Shown here piece after piece: positions 37,519 through 47,598 of a stretch of DNA of 64,000 nt. The DNA is from a virus: the IMG/VR virus record IMGVR_UViG_3300032284_002783, positions 1 to 64,000 of that record. One strand, 5' to 3'. The notes under the pieces are model-generated. The model had not been told where the DNA came from and did no database searches. It saw only the letters and a list, made by a program, of their open reading frames with translations. The position numbers and the translations under genes were made by a program. Each line of letters begins with the position of its first letter. Position 1 is the first letter of the stretch.

Positions 37519-39401
37519 AGGCTAATCCAGTCTTTACGATCATCAGCTCTATCAGCATTGAATATAAGATCCAATGCATCTGATAGATTTCCATCGTCTA
37601 CAATAGGTATTAATTTTGGACTAGCTAGACTGTGAATCCAGTCGGCTTCTTCTAAACTACCCAATCCCTTAGCTCGTGTTGGCTTTGGACAGTTCTTCCA
37701 ATCATCTGGATTATACTGTTGATAATCATCTGCATACCAATAAAACCTCTTCTTGCCTTTTTCTTGTATGATAAATGGTGTTTGAAACGCATAGAAAAAT
37801 GCTGGAAGCTTAGGGTCAAATAACTCAGGCCAATGCAAATAAAAGAAATTTATAAGCAAGGCCGTGATGTTAGCACCGTCTGGATCTTGGTCAGCTGCTA
37901 GATATACTTTACCATAGCGTAAATCTTCTCTAACTGCAGTCTGACCTAATCCTACGCCTATTGCAGCCATCAAGTCTGTAATTATTTGATTTTCAATGAT
38001 AATTTTTGCACTTTCACCCCGAACATTAAGAATCTTACCTCGTAATGGTAGTGCTCCATATATTTCGGGATCTCTCACAGCGCTAACCATTGTTTTAGCA
38101 CTATCACCTTCTGTAATAAGCAAAATACATTTAGTTCTGTCTTTACCGTTAGCATCCAGTAATTTTGGAACCTTTGCACGTAATAGCTTACGATTAGCCT
38201 TTGCTAAATCAGCATCCTCTTTTTTCTGCGTACGAGCCGCACAACGTTCATAAATTGCATTAACCCAAGATTTATGCTGTTTAATGATCGTTTTAAAGGT
38301 GTTTTCATTCTCTAGTGTTTGCTTAATCCATTTATCAACATCATCATTGATAAGTCGAGTTTTACTTTGACTATCAAAGTTAGGAGCATGCATAAAGGTC
38401 ACATTATAAATTAACAACCCTTCGCTTATGTCAGACCTATTTGGTGTTAGTCCGCGTCTCTTATTTTCACGTTCTAATGCCTTTAGCATACCACCAAAGA
38501 ATAATCTCTTGAATGTATCTATATGCTGACCTCCATTGAATGCAGGAATATCATTAACTGTACTGTGTATATATTCACCGTCTTTGGCAAAACCGGGTAC
38601 TAGATAGTAGTCACTTTTAAACTTGTCGCCGCTAATGTTTATAGTAGCAACGTCGCAATCACTAAAAAGTGTTTTTTCAATATTTTTACCAACAGTAACA
38701 CGTTCACCATTGAATAGAAACTTGATGCGTGGATGATTAGCGGCAACTTCAAACACTCTAGCCTTAATAAAATCTAATGGAATAAGTGCCTTCTTGAATA
38801 CAGTTGAACTTAGGGTGAACTTAACATAAGTGCCTGTTTTGCCATTACTGCTGCTGGTAATCTTAGGTTTACCAATTTCTAGCTCAGGTATAAGTTCTGA
38901 TCCTTCATGAAATGACTGTTGAAATCTCTTACCATCTCTCCTAATATCGACTGAGAACTCAGTAGAGCAGCTTACAACGACACTAGCTCCTATACCATTG
39001 GTACCTCTGACTTCTTCTCTGGTACCAAAGTTACGTCCCGCTCGCGCCTGTGTTAAGGCTAGTGTTGCCTTGTGCATTCGTTCATTTTCGTCGTAGTCAA
39101 TTGGAATACCGCGGCCGTCATCGCTAACTGAAAATGTTAATGTAGATGGATCATAAGTGATTTCTATTTTACTGCCGTGATTATGACCAACAACCTCGTC
39201 TAGCGCATTGTCGAACACTTCTCTAAAAGCACAATATGCAGCAGGTGTCCAAGAACTATCAACTGCTTCAAGCTTTGATCCGGTCCAGTTTACGATAGTT
39301 TGGTTGTGAACATTTCTACTGCCCAAATACATTTCTGTGCGATTTCGATGGTGCTGCCAGTCAGTTAGTTTAATGATTTCGTTTGATATTTTTTCAGCCA
39401 T
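37515..39401 (-). CDS. Type II DNA topoisomerase, GyrB/gp39+60-like subunit
   Basis: EVFDNALD, DDGRGIP, GTNGIG, EGDSA, PLRGKILN, DQDPDG, KGLG. Confidence 0.95.
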   Translation of the reverse strand: MAEKISNEIIKLTDWQHHRNRTEMYLGSRNVHNQTIVNWTGSKLEAVDSSWTPAAYCAFREVFDNALDEVVGHNHGSKIEITYDPSTLTFSVSDDGRGIPIDYDENERMHKATLALTQARAGRNFGTREEVRGTNGIGASVVVSCSTEFSVDIRRDGKRFQQSFHEGSELIPELEIGKPKITSSSNGKTGTYVKFTLSSTVFKKALIPLDFIKARVFEVAANHPRIKFLFNGERVTVGKNIEKTLFSDCDVATINISGDKFKSDYYLVPGFAKDGEYIHSTVNDIPAFNGGQHIDTFKRLFFGGMLKALERENKRRGLTPNRSDISEGLLIYNVTFMHAPNFDSQSKTRLINDDVDKWIKQTLENENTFKTIIKQHKSWVNAIYERCAARTQKKEDADLAKANRKLLRAKVPKLLDANGKDRTKCILLITEGDSAKTMVSAVRDPEIYGALPLRGKILNVRGESAKIIIENQIITDLMAAIGVGLGQTAVREDLRYGKVYLAADQDPDGANITALLINFFYLHWPELFDPKLPAFFYAFQTPFIIQEKGKKRFYWYADDYQQYNPDDWKNCPKPTRAKGLGSLEEADWIHSLASPKLIPIVDDGNLSDALDLIFNADRADDRKDWISL

Positions 39402-39468
39402 TGGTTAACACTTTGTTTTTATTTGTCTAAGCATACTTAAAAGTAGCATAAAGTCAAATAAGCAAAAA

Positions 39469-39498
39469 TATTGGAGGTAAGTTTCCTTACCTCCAATA
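39469..39498. terminator. Hairpin, probable terminator
   Basis: TATTGGAGGTAAG-TTTC-CTTACCTCCAATA. Confidence 0.65.
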
Positions 39499-39709
39499 AC
39501 ATTTGCCTAAATTAATTTAATCATTTACAAATTTAGATCAATTCTATCGCCTCAAGGACGATGGCTGATCCTATATAATTTATATTCTACAATCTAAAGT
39601 AAAAAAGTATTTATCTAATATTTTTAATCATCATAATCAATAAAATGGTAGGTTATTCTGTTTCAAGGAAACCTACCAAAACCCATTTAAAAAATTATGG
39701 GCATCTGGT

Positions 39710-39877
39710 ATGGGCAAACCAAATTTTATAAAAGGTAAGACCGCATGGAACAAAGGAAAAAATAATCCTAATGCTGCCGAAAACGGTAAAAAAGGAGCAT
39801 TATTACAATCTATCAAGGTCATTGGTCGAAAACGAAAATATAATGATGACGGTACATGGTCATGGTATTACCCATAA
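39710..39877 (+). pseudogene. Remnant of homing endonuclease DNA-binding tail
   Basis: 55 aa KGKTAWNKGK..GRKRKY.DDGTWSW; no nuclease domain upstream. Confidence 0.5.
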
Positions 39878-39880
39878 TAA

Positions 39881-39908
39881 AATAAGGGAGCATTAATGCT
39901 CCCTTATT
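39881..39908. terminator. Intrinsic terminator after tmRNA
   Basis: AATAAGGGAGCA-TTAA-TGCTCCCTTATT. Confidence 0.8.
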
Positions 39909-40220
39909 TGATCTTTTCTGTTTCTAAGAAGACCGATCTCAATCTTAGGCTACTGCCTGAAGAAACGGAGCATTATCATTTGCTGCGTTTATTGTTTTTG
40001 ATCTATAAAGCGATCATCCTGCTATCTACTTCAATACCTTCAGCGCCAATCGATCCCAGTTATCCCCCATCAAAAGCACAGCCCGCTTTGCCTTTTCAGC
40101 TTATCCAAAAAACGACCTAGCATGTTTGCAACCATGTTATCCAGGCGTCTGTGCTTGTGGTGGAGGATTGGGGAGTTGAACCCCAGTCTTGATCACCTAT
40201 ATATTGCTATCAACAACAGC
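39909..40220 (-). ncRNA. ssrA: Two-piece (circularly permuted) tmRNA
   Basis: Acceptor piece with T arm and AUCCUCC-A-CCA (ends 40158); intervening segment; coding piece starts GGGGGAU (40068) giving G3:U70; tag (A)ANDNAPFLQAVA* at 39945-39986. Confidence 0.92.
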
Positions 40221-40225
40221 TAGTA

Positions 40226-40233
40226 TATTTATA
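40226..40233 (-). promoter_or_regulatory. T4-type late promoter for tmRNA
   Basis: Exact TATAAATA. Confidence 0.75.
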
Positions 40234-40258
40234 ACACAGATTTTTTAAAAATCAAGAC

Positions 40259-40822
40259 TTATTTGCGGCCTTTATTAAGTGGAGGATTTATTGCATCAAT
40301 ATATAATAATTCTAAATCTTTCTGTATGGCAGCATTTACAGTGGCCTTTGTCCATCCTATGTTAACTGGCACTTGTACCAATGGACATTTTTTCGCCCAG
40401 AGACTAACCTTTTCTTGCATTACATCATTATGCAAGCTGGTTCTTATAAACCAATCTGTGTCGTCTTTACCATAATTATGCGTACATAGCCTACCAAATC
40501 TATTTGTGCTTTTAGGTATTGGTTGCGGCCATTGAACACTTGAATACAAGTAATCAGTGCCAATACTAACTTCGCCAACTAATAAACAATTGGTAGATTT
40601 TATTCCTAAAGGTTGGCTAGTTTCACCAACTTTCATAATATCAATGCCACTAACAATAAAATAAATCCAACTATTATGTGTGGACCATAATAGAGCGTCA
40701 TCTATGTTATAAAGTTGCCAGCCATAATTATCATCGGAGTATTCATGATATACATCACAAACTTTTTTAAATCCATCGCTGATATAATTATAGACGTTGT
40801 TTGATATAAATTTTTCAGACAT
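40259..40822 (-). CDS. Hypothetical protein, GIY-YIG-like
   Basis: WIYFIV...KVGET...R...E...PPLN. Confidence 0.55.
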   Translation of the reverse strand: MSEKFISNNVYNYISDGFKKVCDVYHEYSDDNYGWQLYNIDDALLWSTHNSWIYFIVSGIDIMKVGETSQPLGIKSTNCLLVGEVSIGTDYLYSSVQWPQPIPKSTNRFGRLCTHNYGKDDTDWFIRTSLHNDVMQEKVSLWAKKCPLVQVPVNIGWTKATVNAAIQKDLELLYIDAINPPLNKGRK

Positions 40823-41699
40823 TTTTATAAGTCATCATGCTTAGGTATTGCCAACAAAATGTTGCCGCAGCTAACGATGTGATATCACTGTGATCATAAG
40901 GAGGAGAAACTTCCACACAATCCATGCCAACAAAATTAATATCTTTACATAGATCTAAAAGTTCTCTCATCCATACAGTTGTAAGCCCTGCAATTTCTGG
41001 TGTTCCAGTTCCCGGAGCAAATGCTGGATCTAAACAATCAATATCTAATGATAGATAAACAGGTGCGTCACCTACAGTAGCTTTAATTATTTCATGCATA
41101 GCCAATGGCGACCACCTCAAGGCTCGCTGAGCTGAAAATGTATGTCCGCCTGCTTTTTGAAGAAATTGCCTTGCAGTTTGATCAGCAGGACTTCTTATTC
41201 CAATACTGATAGTTTTACGTGGATCAATTAGTTGTTCACATATAGCATTATACAGCCATGTGCCGTGTCCTATTGGTTCTCCAAAATGATTGTCCCATGT
41301 ATCACAATGTGCATCAAAATGTAATACTGCAAGATTTTGATGCCTCTTAGATAGACTACGCAATATTCCCAATGTTATTGAATGATCTCCGCCTAATGTT
41401 ACACAGTGCATGGATTTTAATCTATCCATTGCCATCTCTACTTCCTGTAACATCCTCATTGTATTTCCAGATGTCAACGAAATATTACCAACATCGCAAG
41501 TGGTTGTAGTTAAATCAACTGGATATAACTCATGCTGTCCGTCGGTGAGCATAAGGCTTGTTTGTCTGATAGCATTAGGGCCCATTCGGGCACCACTTCT
41601 AAAAGAAGTGGCACCGTCGGTGGGTGCTCCAACTACTGCATAGGGTTTGAGAGCAGTTCCAACATTACAAAATGTCGGAAAATTCTGAAATGGTAACAT
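40815..41699 (-). CDS. speB: Agmatinase (ureohydrolase)
   Basis: RSGARMGP, GGDHSIT, DAHCD, SLDIDCLDPAFAPGTGTPE, EVSPPYD. Confidence 0.9.
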   Translation of the reverse strand: MLPFQNFPTFCNVGTALKPYAVVGAPTDGATSFRSGARMGPNAIRQTSLMLTDGQHELYPVDLTTTTCDVGNISLTSGNTMRMLQEVEMAMDRLKSMHCVTLGGDHSITLGILRSLSKRHQNLAVLHFDAHCDTWDNHFGEPIGHGTWLYNAICEQLIDPRKTISIGIRSPADQTARQFLQKAGGHTFSAQRALRWSPLAMHEIIKATVGDAPVYLSLDIDCLDPAFAPGTGTPEIAGLTTVWMRELLDLCKDINFVGMDCVEVSPPYDHSDITSLAAATFCWQYLSMMTYKNV

Positions 41700-42043
41700 T
41701 ATTCAGTGATTAATGAACTTGTTGTACCTGTTTTAGGTACGGTTAAGCCAGTTGTTGCCTGCAGATATCCAGCCTTAGCTTCACTATTGCTCTTTACCAT
41801 ACATACAACGTGCTGTGGATTTAAACGATATTTTCCATCTTTGTCTGCCCCGAGCATGAAGAATGGCATCATCTGTACACCTGGTTGTCCAGTTGGGCTT
41901 TGACTTAATACCATTAGCATTGGTTTAGATACCACAACTGAGTTGTCGGATGCAGTTTCAATAAACTTAGCAATAAGCTCATCACCGTTGCTAATTTTTA
42001 TCGAAACAATATCATTATTTTCAATTGGTTTTTCTACTAACAT
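41699..42043 (-). CDS. Conserved phage hypothetical protein (Sm-like fold suspected)
   Basis: IVSIKISNGDELIAK...YLQATTGL. Confidence 0.6.
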   Translation of the reverse strand: MLVEKPIENNDIVSIKISNGDELIAKFIETASDNSVVVSKPMLMVLSQSPTGQPGVQMMPFFMLGADKDGKYRLNPQHVVCMVKSNSEAKAGYLQATTGLTVPKTGTTSSLITE

Positions 42044-42095
42044 GTTAGATACTCCTGTTTATTGAAGTATATATTGTTAGATCATTGATTGTCGA

Positions 42096-42989
42096 TTACC
42101 ATTTAGGAATACCATTTAAGTACCAACCACCGTTGCGAGTTTTAGCTTGTGCTACACAAAAACCAGCAACTTTGTATGGATTACCTTTTTGAAATGGATG
42201 ATTGGCCTGTGATCGGCTGCCAGGGCCAACATACGATACGTGTACCCATGTATTGCCAGGTATTGTTTCTCTTTCAAATAACAGTTGATCAAATGCAAGA
42301 TTATTTTGTATCCATACAGCCATGTCGTAATGCTTGTTTGGATAATTTGGAATTTGTAAATCAGCAGCCTGGCCATACGTATGCTGGCCGCCTTGTTCCC
42401 AATTACGAACTGTGTTAGTTAATCTCACACCGGGAAACTGAGCTCGTAATGGTTCAAGAATATTCACACAAAGTAATTTTAAATTAGCAACTATTTCACC
42501 TGGTTTTAAAGGTCCATTACCATTTTTCCACATCTGTCTCGTTACCCACCACTGCGAGTCTTTGAGAAGTATTCCGGGTGTTCTGGTTACACTGCCTAGA
42601 TCAAAGTTGTCACTTAATCTTAATGATGGCGGAAATTCACTTAGATTTTCAACTCCGCCTGTGTCATTGCTAATTGATGAATTTTGTTTACCACTTGCCG
42701 GAGTTATTTCAGACGGGGTGCTAGCTGCTGTGGCATCTAAGTCTGACTGTGTAATAGTACCATTTGCTACTAATTTTTGATTCAGTGCTGCTATTTGATT
42801 ACTTGCTTGAGTAGGATCTTGGAATAATAAACTTTCGCCGTCTGTGTATGCTTGCATGGTTGCCAGTACACTGGAAGGTATTCCTCTAGCTTGTGGTGGC
42901 TGGTACAAAGCCACAGGTACTTGATTAACATATACGTCGGGGCTGTACCAAACATCTTGGCCGATATAACTAGGAGGATTTAAAGGCAT
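42096..42989 (-). CDS. Peptidase M15-domain protein (virion-associated peptidoglycan hydrolase)
   Basis: NILEPLR, QHTYGQAADL, WVHVSY; TATAAATA at 43007-43014. Confidence 0.8.
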   Translation of the reverse strand: MPLNPPSYIGQDVWYSPDVYVNQVPVALYQPPQARGIPSSVLATMQAYTDGESLLFQDPTQASNQIAALNQKLVANGTITQSDLDATAASTPSEITPASGKQNSSISNDTGGVENLSEFPPSLRLSDNFDLGSVTRTPGILLKDSQWWVTRQMWKNGNGPLKPGEIVANLKLLCVNILEPLRAQFPGVRLTNTVRNWEQGGQHTYGQAADLQIPNYPNKHYDMAVWIQNNLAFDQLLFERETIPGNTWVHVSYVGPGSRSQANHPFQKGNPYKVAGFCVAQAKTRNGGWYLNGIPKW

Positions 42990-43015
42990 AGAATTAACTC
43001 CTAGTATATTTATAC

Positions 43016-43279
43016 TTAATTTTTATTGAAATATTTTTCTAACTCAGTATAACCGCCAACATATTCGCCATCTAACCAAATTTGAGGCACGGTTCTAGCA
43101 TGTGGAGCTCTTTCAAGCAACTGTTCTTTAGTTACATATTGTTGATTATCACCGATAGGTCCTTCGTTAAACCCTGGACTTATCATATATTCAACATATT
43201 CTATCCCCTTAATTTGGAATAAAGATTTAGCCTTTGTGCAATATGGGCAATTAGTTTTGGTATAAATTTCAGCTTTCAT
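43016..43279 (-). CDS. Glutaredoxin
   Basis: CPYC, TVPQI, YVGGY; start at MKAEIY. Confidence 0.92.
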   Translation of the reverse strand: MKAEIYTKTNCPYCTKAKSLFQIKGIEYVEYMISPGFNEGPIGDNQQYVTKEQLLERAPHARTVPQIWLDGEYVGGYTELEKYFNKN

Positions 43280-44018
43280 TTTTTGTTTCCTTGTGTTTAT
43301 GTACGGTAATTTTACCACGTGAATCTGTTTTCATCCAAACGCTATCATCTGGTATTACCTCTTTTGCATATTGAAAATGCCAGGCCCATTTAGTGAAATA
43401 GTTTACAGTTGGAATAGAGCAATGTTGGCGTTTAATATTTTGATTACTAACAATTAAATTCCAAAAAACTCTATCACCTGCTAGATACAAATCCTTACTG
43501 GTGATCCAATGTGTCATCAACGGCATTAAGTTGCGAGTCATAAACAAACAATTTGTATCGCAAAAATCCATTCCATTACTTTCAATGGTGTCAGTGTATA
43601 AAAATTTATTGTCAAATGATGAATAGATATTTCTTGTGGCTGATACAAGATCACATTTAGATTTTTGACATATATCAACCATCATGCTAATATGTCCTGG
43701 CTCATATGAGTTATCAGCATCTAGGAATGCCACAGCATCATAACCTTGGCTAAATGCACTTATGGCACCTATTGCTCTCGGTGTAGCACCTGCATCATTA
43801 TGATTCGTATTAAGATTGATCACTTGTCCGTTACGCAGATAAATCGATTTACTTTTTAATCTCTTATATGTATCGGCAACAATAATATGATATGGTGTGT
43901 GCCAGCTTACTTTGTCTGGGTGAGGTACCGCATATGTTTGAGCCTCTACACCAGATAGGCTACGACTAAAAACGTAGCTGGGTTCATCGTGATATGGAGT
44001 AACAACGGCAACTAGCAT
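43269..44018 (-). CDS. GT2-family glycosyltransferase
   Basis: VVTPY, FLDADN, DTNC, GDRVF. Confidence 0.8.
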   Translation of the reverse strand: MLVAVVTPYHDEPSYVFSRSLSGVEAQTYAVPHPDKVSWHTPYHIIVADTYKRLKSKSIYLRNGQVINLNTNHNDAGATPRAIGAISAFSQGYDAVAFLDADNSYEPGHISMMVDICQKSKCDLVSATRNIYSSFDNKFLYTDTIESNGMDFCDTNCLFMTRNLMPLMTHWITSKDLYLAGDRVFWNLIVSNQNIKRQHCSIPTVNYFTKWAWHFQYAKEVIPDDSVWMKTDSRGKITVHKHKETKNES

Positions 44019-45151
44019 TAAAGACTGATACCCTTGAAACTTGTTTCATTGACGTCCATTTTAGCGTCGCCGATCTTGTAAGATGAAAGCTCAACTTCTT
44101 GAGGTGCCACTTGAACTTCTTTACCACTGATCCATTTTGTTGTCCAAGGCAACGGATTTGTTTTTACATGATATGGACTTTCTAGTCCGGCACTATCCAT
44201 TCTCATACCGGCAATGTATTCAACATATGACATTAATAGATCAGCATTAAGACCAATCATGCTGCCATCCTTAAACAAATATTTGGCCCAGGTCTTTTCT
44301 TGATCAACAACCTGCACAAACATAGCAGTACATTCTGCAGTAGTTTCTTTAGCAATCTTTGCAAAGTCGGGATCATCTTTAGGTAACAACTTAAGCAGTG
44401 TTTGTGTGCTGCCAAGATGTAGGTTTTCATCTCTGCAGATGAACTTAATAATCTTAGCATTTCCTTCCATTTTCTTTAGCTCGGCAAACGCCCATGCACA
44501 GGCAAAGCTCACATAGAACCTAACACCCTCAAGTGCATTAACGCTGTTTAAACATAGCCAAAGTTTTTTCTTTAACTCATAAACATCAACAACAACAGTT
44601 TGTCCATTAACCGTGTGCTTGCCTTCGCCTAGTAAATGATAATATTGTGCAGCAGATATCAAATCATCGTAATATTTGGTAATATCTTTACTGCAATCTA
44701 CTATTTCTTTTATATCCATCATACCATCAAATACCTTGCTGGGATCGCTATAGATATTTCTGATAATATGCGTGTAGCTCTTAGAATGAATAGTTTCAAA
44801 GAAACTCCAAGTCTGAATCCAAATCTCAAGTTCTGGCAGGCTGCACACTGGTAGGAACGCAAGATTAGGTGCACGTCCTTGCACACTGTCAAGGATAATC
44901 TGTCTCTTTAGATTACTGGTAAAAATATGTTGCTCATGTGGTGTCAGACTACGGAAATCTTTTTGATCCTTAGCGATGTCAACTTCTGCAGGTCGCCAAA
45001 AGAAACTTAATTGATTTTCTGTAAGGCGATCAAATACTCGATACTTAATATTATCGTAACGAGCCACAGTAGTTGTTCCTGCAGGGTCTAAAAAGGCCTG
45101 CACTTTAGAATTGTCTGTGCGATTATTGCTATCTAGCACTTGAAAAGTCAT
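44018..45151 (-). CDS. nrdB: Class Ia ribonucleotide reductase beta subunit
   Basis: FFWRPAEV, DSVQGR, ETIHSKSY, LEGVRFYVSF, RDENLH, APQEVELSSY. Confidence 0.96.
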   Translation of the reverse strand: MTFQVLDSNNRTDNSKVQAFLDPAGTTTVARYDNIKYRVFDRLTENQLSFFWRPAEVDIAKDQKDFRSLTPHEQHIFTSNLKRQIILDSVQGRAPNLAFLPVCSLPELEIWIQTWSFFETIHSKSYTHIIRNIYSDPSKVFDGMMDIKEIVDCSKDITKYYDDLISAAQYYHLLGEGKHTVNGQTVVVDVYELKKKLWLCLNSVNALEGVRFYVSFACAWAFAELKKMEGNAKIIKFICRDENLHLGSTQTLLKLLPKDDPDFAKIAKETTAECTAMFVQVVDQEKTWAKYLFKDGSMIGLNADLLMSYVEYIAGMRMDSAGLESPYHVKTNPLPWTTKWISGKEVQVAPQEVELSSYKIGDAKMDVNETSFKGISL

Positions 45152-45167
45152 TGGTTGATCCTAACGG

Positions 45168-47489
45168 TTAAAGAACGCAGCTATCGCAGTCGGAATTATC
45201 TGATGCTGCGGGCATCTCTACATTATTTTCTGTGGCAATGAGCTTGTCAACTTGTACTTCACCCTGGCCGTCATTGGTATTCATATAGTACCAAGTTTTA
45301 TGACCCCATTTGTAGCCTAAAAGCATATGCTTTAATAGTTCACTCATAGGCAGTTGCTGGTCAGGATAATGTTCTGGATTATAGCTGGCGTTTACGCTAA
45401 TTGATTGGTCAATGTATTTTTGTAAAACAGCAGCAATCTTTAGATAACCTTCTGGTGATTTTTGATCCCAGAGAAGATCATATCTATTCTTCAATCTTCT
45501 ATACTCTGGTACTACCTGTTTTAACACACCATCTTTACTTTGCTTAATGCTAATGTAGCTACGCGGAGGTTCAATTCCATTTGTAGCATTTGAAATCTGA
45601 CTAGAACTTTCGCTTGGCATCAATGCCATTAGAGTTGAATTACGAATGCCATATTTCTTCGCAGCTTCGCGTAGTTTGTTCCATGGCATACGTTCTTTGT
45701 ACTTTACTAAATCATCAACTTCCTTTTTCCTAGTATCTATTGGCATTATACCCTTCTTATACTTGGTATAATCTGCTCCGCCGCATTCACCTTGTTCTTT
45801 AGCAAGATCAATACTTGCCTTGATCAGATAATAACTCCATGCCTCTGCGTATTCATCTACTAGAGGCAGAGCATCAGAATCAGTATATTTCAATCCATTC
45901 TTAGCTAGCCAGTATGCAAAATTGATAATACCAACACCTAATGGCCTGTAAAGTAATGTATGTTTTTCAGCTGCTAGAATTGGATATCTTTGATAGCTTA
46001 AGAGTGCGTCCAGCCCACGAACAGCAAGTGTGCACGGCTTTTCAAAATCTTTAGGTTCTCTAATCTTACCCCAATTAATAGCGCTTAATGTACAAAGGGC
46101 AATAAGACCTTCTGAATCATTAACATCGTTTAATGGTTTAGTTGGCAGAGTAATCTCAGCGCAAAGGTTACTCTGCCTAACAGGTGCAATGTCCTCAAGG
46201 AATGAACTATGAGTGTTAGCATGGTCAACGTTCATAAGATATACACGACCTGTATTTTTTCTTTCCTGCATAAATGATGTAAAAAGATCAATTGCCTTTA
46301 CAGTCTTCTTTCTCAACTTGGTATTACGCTCAGCAGCTTCATACAGTTCTTTAAACTTATCTTGATCAGAAAAGAATGCATCGTACAAATCTGGTACATC
46401 GCTAGGGGAGAACAATGTAAGGTTACCCCCGGCTATGAGTCTCTCATATGCCAGTTTATTAAACTGCACACCGTAGTCCATATGTCTAGCACGATTCTCT
46501 TCAGTACCTTTATTATTCTTTAGAACAATTAAGTCCTCAAACTCATAATGCCAGAATGGAAAATACAGTGTAGCTGCACCACCTCTAATACCGCCTTGGT
46601 TGCAACTCTTAACTGCTGACTGGAATAGTTTAATGAATGGAACAATACCTGTGTGATAGGCATCGCCCTTTCTAATTGGACTACCTATTGCACGTATGCG
46701 ACCAGCATTGATTCCTATGCCGGCTTTTTGACTGACGTATTTGACGATGCTGCTAGTTGTAGCATTGATTGAGTCAAGACTATCATCGCATTCAATCAAT
46801 ACACAACTTGAGAACTGACGTTGAGGTGTTCTTACTCCTGCCATTACCGGAGTTGGCAAGCTTATATCATGTGTGCTAATAGCATCATAATAATCTTTAA
46901 TCCATTTAAGTCTTGTTTCTTTTGGATAACGGGAAAAGAGTGTGGCGGCAATTAAAATATATGCCATTTGAGGAGTTTCAAAAAGTTGACCGGTGACCCG
47001 ATTCTTTACTAGATATTTGCCGCGCCATTGCTCCATTGCAGCATAAGTCATATCAAAGTCTCTATCATGATCGAGATATGTATCCATGACATTCCATTCG
47101 TCAGCAGAGAATGCAGACAGTAATTCTTGATCATAGTATCCAACACCAACGACCTTATTCACATGATCAGCAAGCTTAATTGGATTAATTCCGTCATATA
47201 CTTCTTTACGAATGTGATAATTAATTAACCGACCAGCAACAAATTGATAGTTTGGATTATCTTCAGATATTAGATCAGCTGCTGCCTTAATCAAAGTCTC
47301 TTGAATGTCTCTAGTTTTGATTCCAGGATAAAATTGTAATTGGCTTTTAATTTCAACTTCGCTTGCAGATACTCCGCTGATTCCTTCTGTGGCCCACATC
47401 ACCTGACGATGTATTTTGTCAATATTTAAAAGTTCTTTATGTCCGTCTCGCTTGATTACAAATATTTCACTCGTTTTGACGGTAGCCAT
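45168..47489 (-). CDS. nrdA: Class Ia ribonucleotide reductase alpha subunit
   Basis: ATP cone VIKRDG, QFSSC, SNLCAE, MPSESSS, C-terminal CDSC; no intein or intron. Confidence 0.97.
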   Translation of the reverse strand: MATVKTSEIFVIKRDGHKELLNIDKIHRQVMWATEGISGVSASEVEIKSQLQFYPGIKTRDIQETLIKAAADLISEDNPNYQFVAGRLINYHIRKEVYDGINPIKLADHVNKVVGVGYYDQELLSAFSADEWNVMDTYLDHDRDFDMTYAAMEQWRGKYLVKNRVTGQLFETPQMAYILIAATLFSRYPKETRLKWIKDYYDAISTHDISLPTPVMAGVRTPQRQFSSCVLIECDDSLDSINATTSSIVKYVSQKAGIGINAGRIRAIGSPIRKGDAYHTGIVPFIKLFQSAVKSCNQGGIRGGAATLYFPFWHYEFEDLIVLKNNKGTEENRARHMDYGVQFNKLAYERLIAGGNLTLFSPSDVPDLYDAFFSDQDKFKELYEAAERNTKLRKKTVKAIDLFTSFMQERKNTGRVYLMNVDHANTHSSFLEDIAPVRQSNLCAEITLPTKPLNDVNDSEGLIALCTLSAINWGKIREPKDFEKPCTLAVRGLDALLSYQRYPILAAEKHTLLYRPLGVGIINFAYWLAKNGLKYTDSDALPLVDEYAEAWSYYLIKASIDLAKEQGECGGADYTKYKKGIMPIDTRKKEVDDLVKYKERMPWNKLREAAKKYGIRNSTLMALMPSESSSQISNATNGIEPPRSYISIKQSKDGVLKQVVPEYRRLKNRYDLLWDQKSPEGYLKIAAVLQKYIDQSISVNASYNPEHYPDQQLPMSELLKHMLLGYKWGHKTWYYMNTNDGQGEVQVDKLIATENNVEMPAASDNSDCDSCVL

Positions 47490-47598
47490 GCCTCATATCC
47501 CCTTATTATTTTTACTCTTTGTTCTCTTTAAGAATAACATATTTAACAGAAATTGACCGCGGTTGTCATTTCAACAACGAGTATTTTTTAAGGAAATA

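Noticed and set aside
39896-40120. 74 aa plus-strand ORF
   Set aside because: Antisense to the tmRNA
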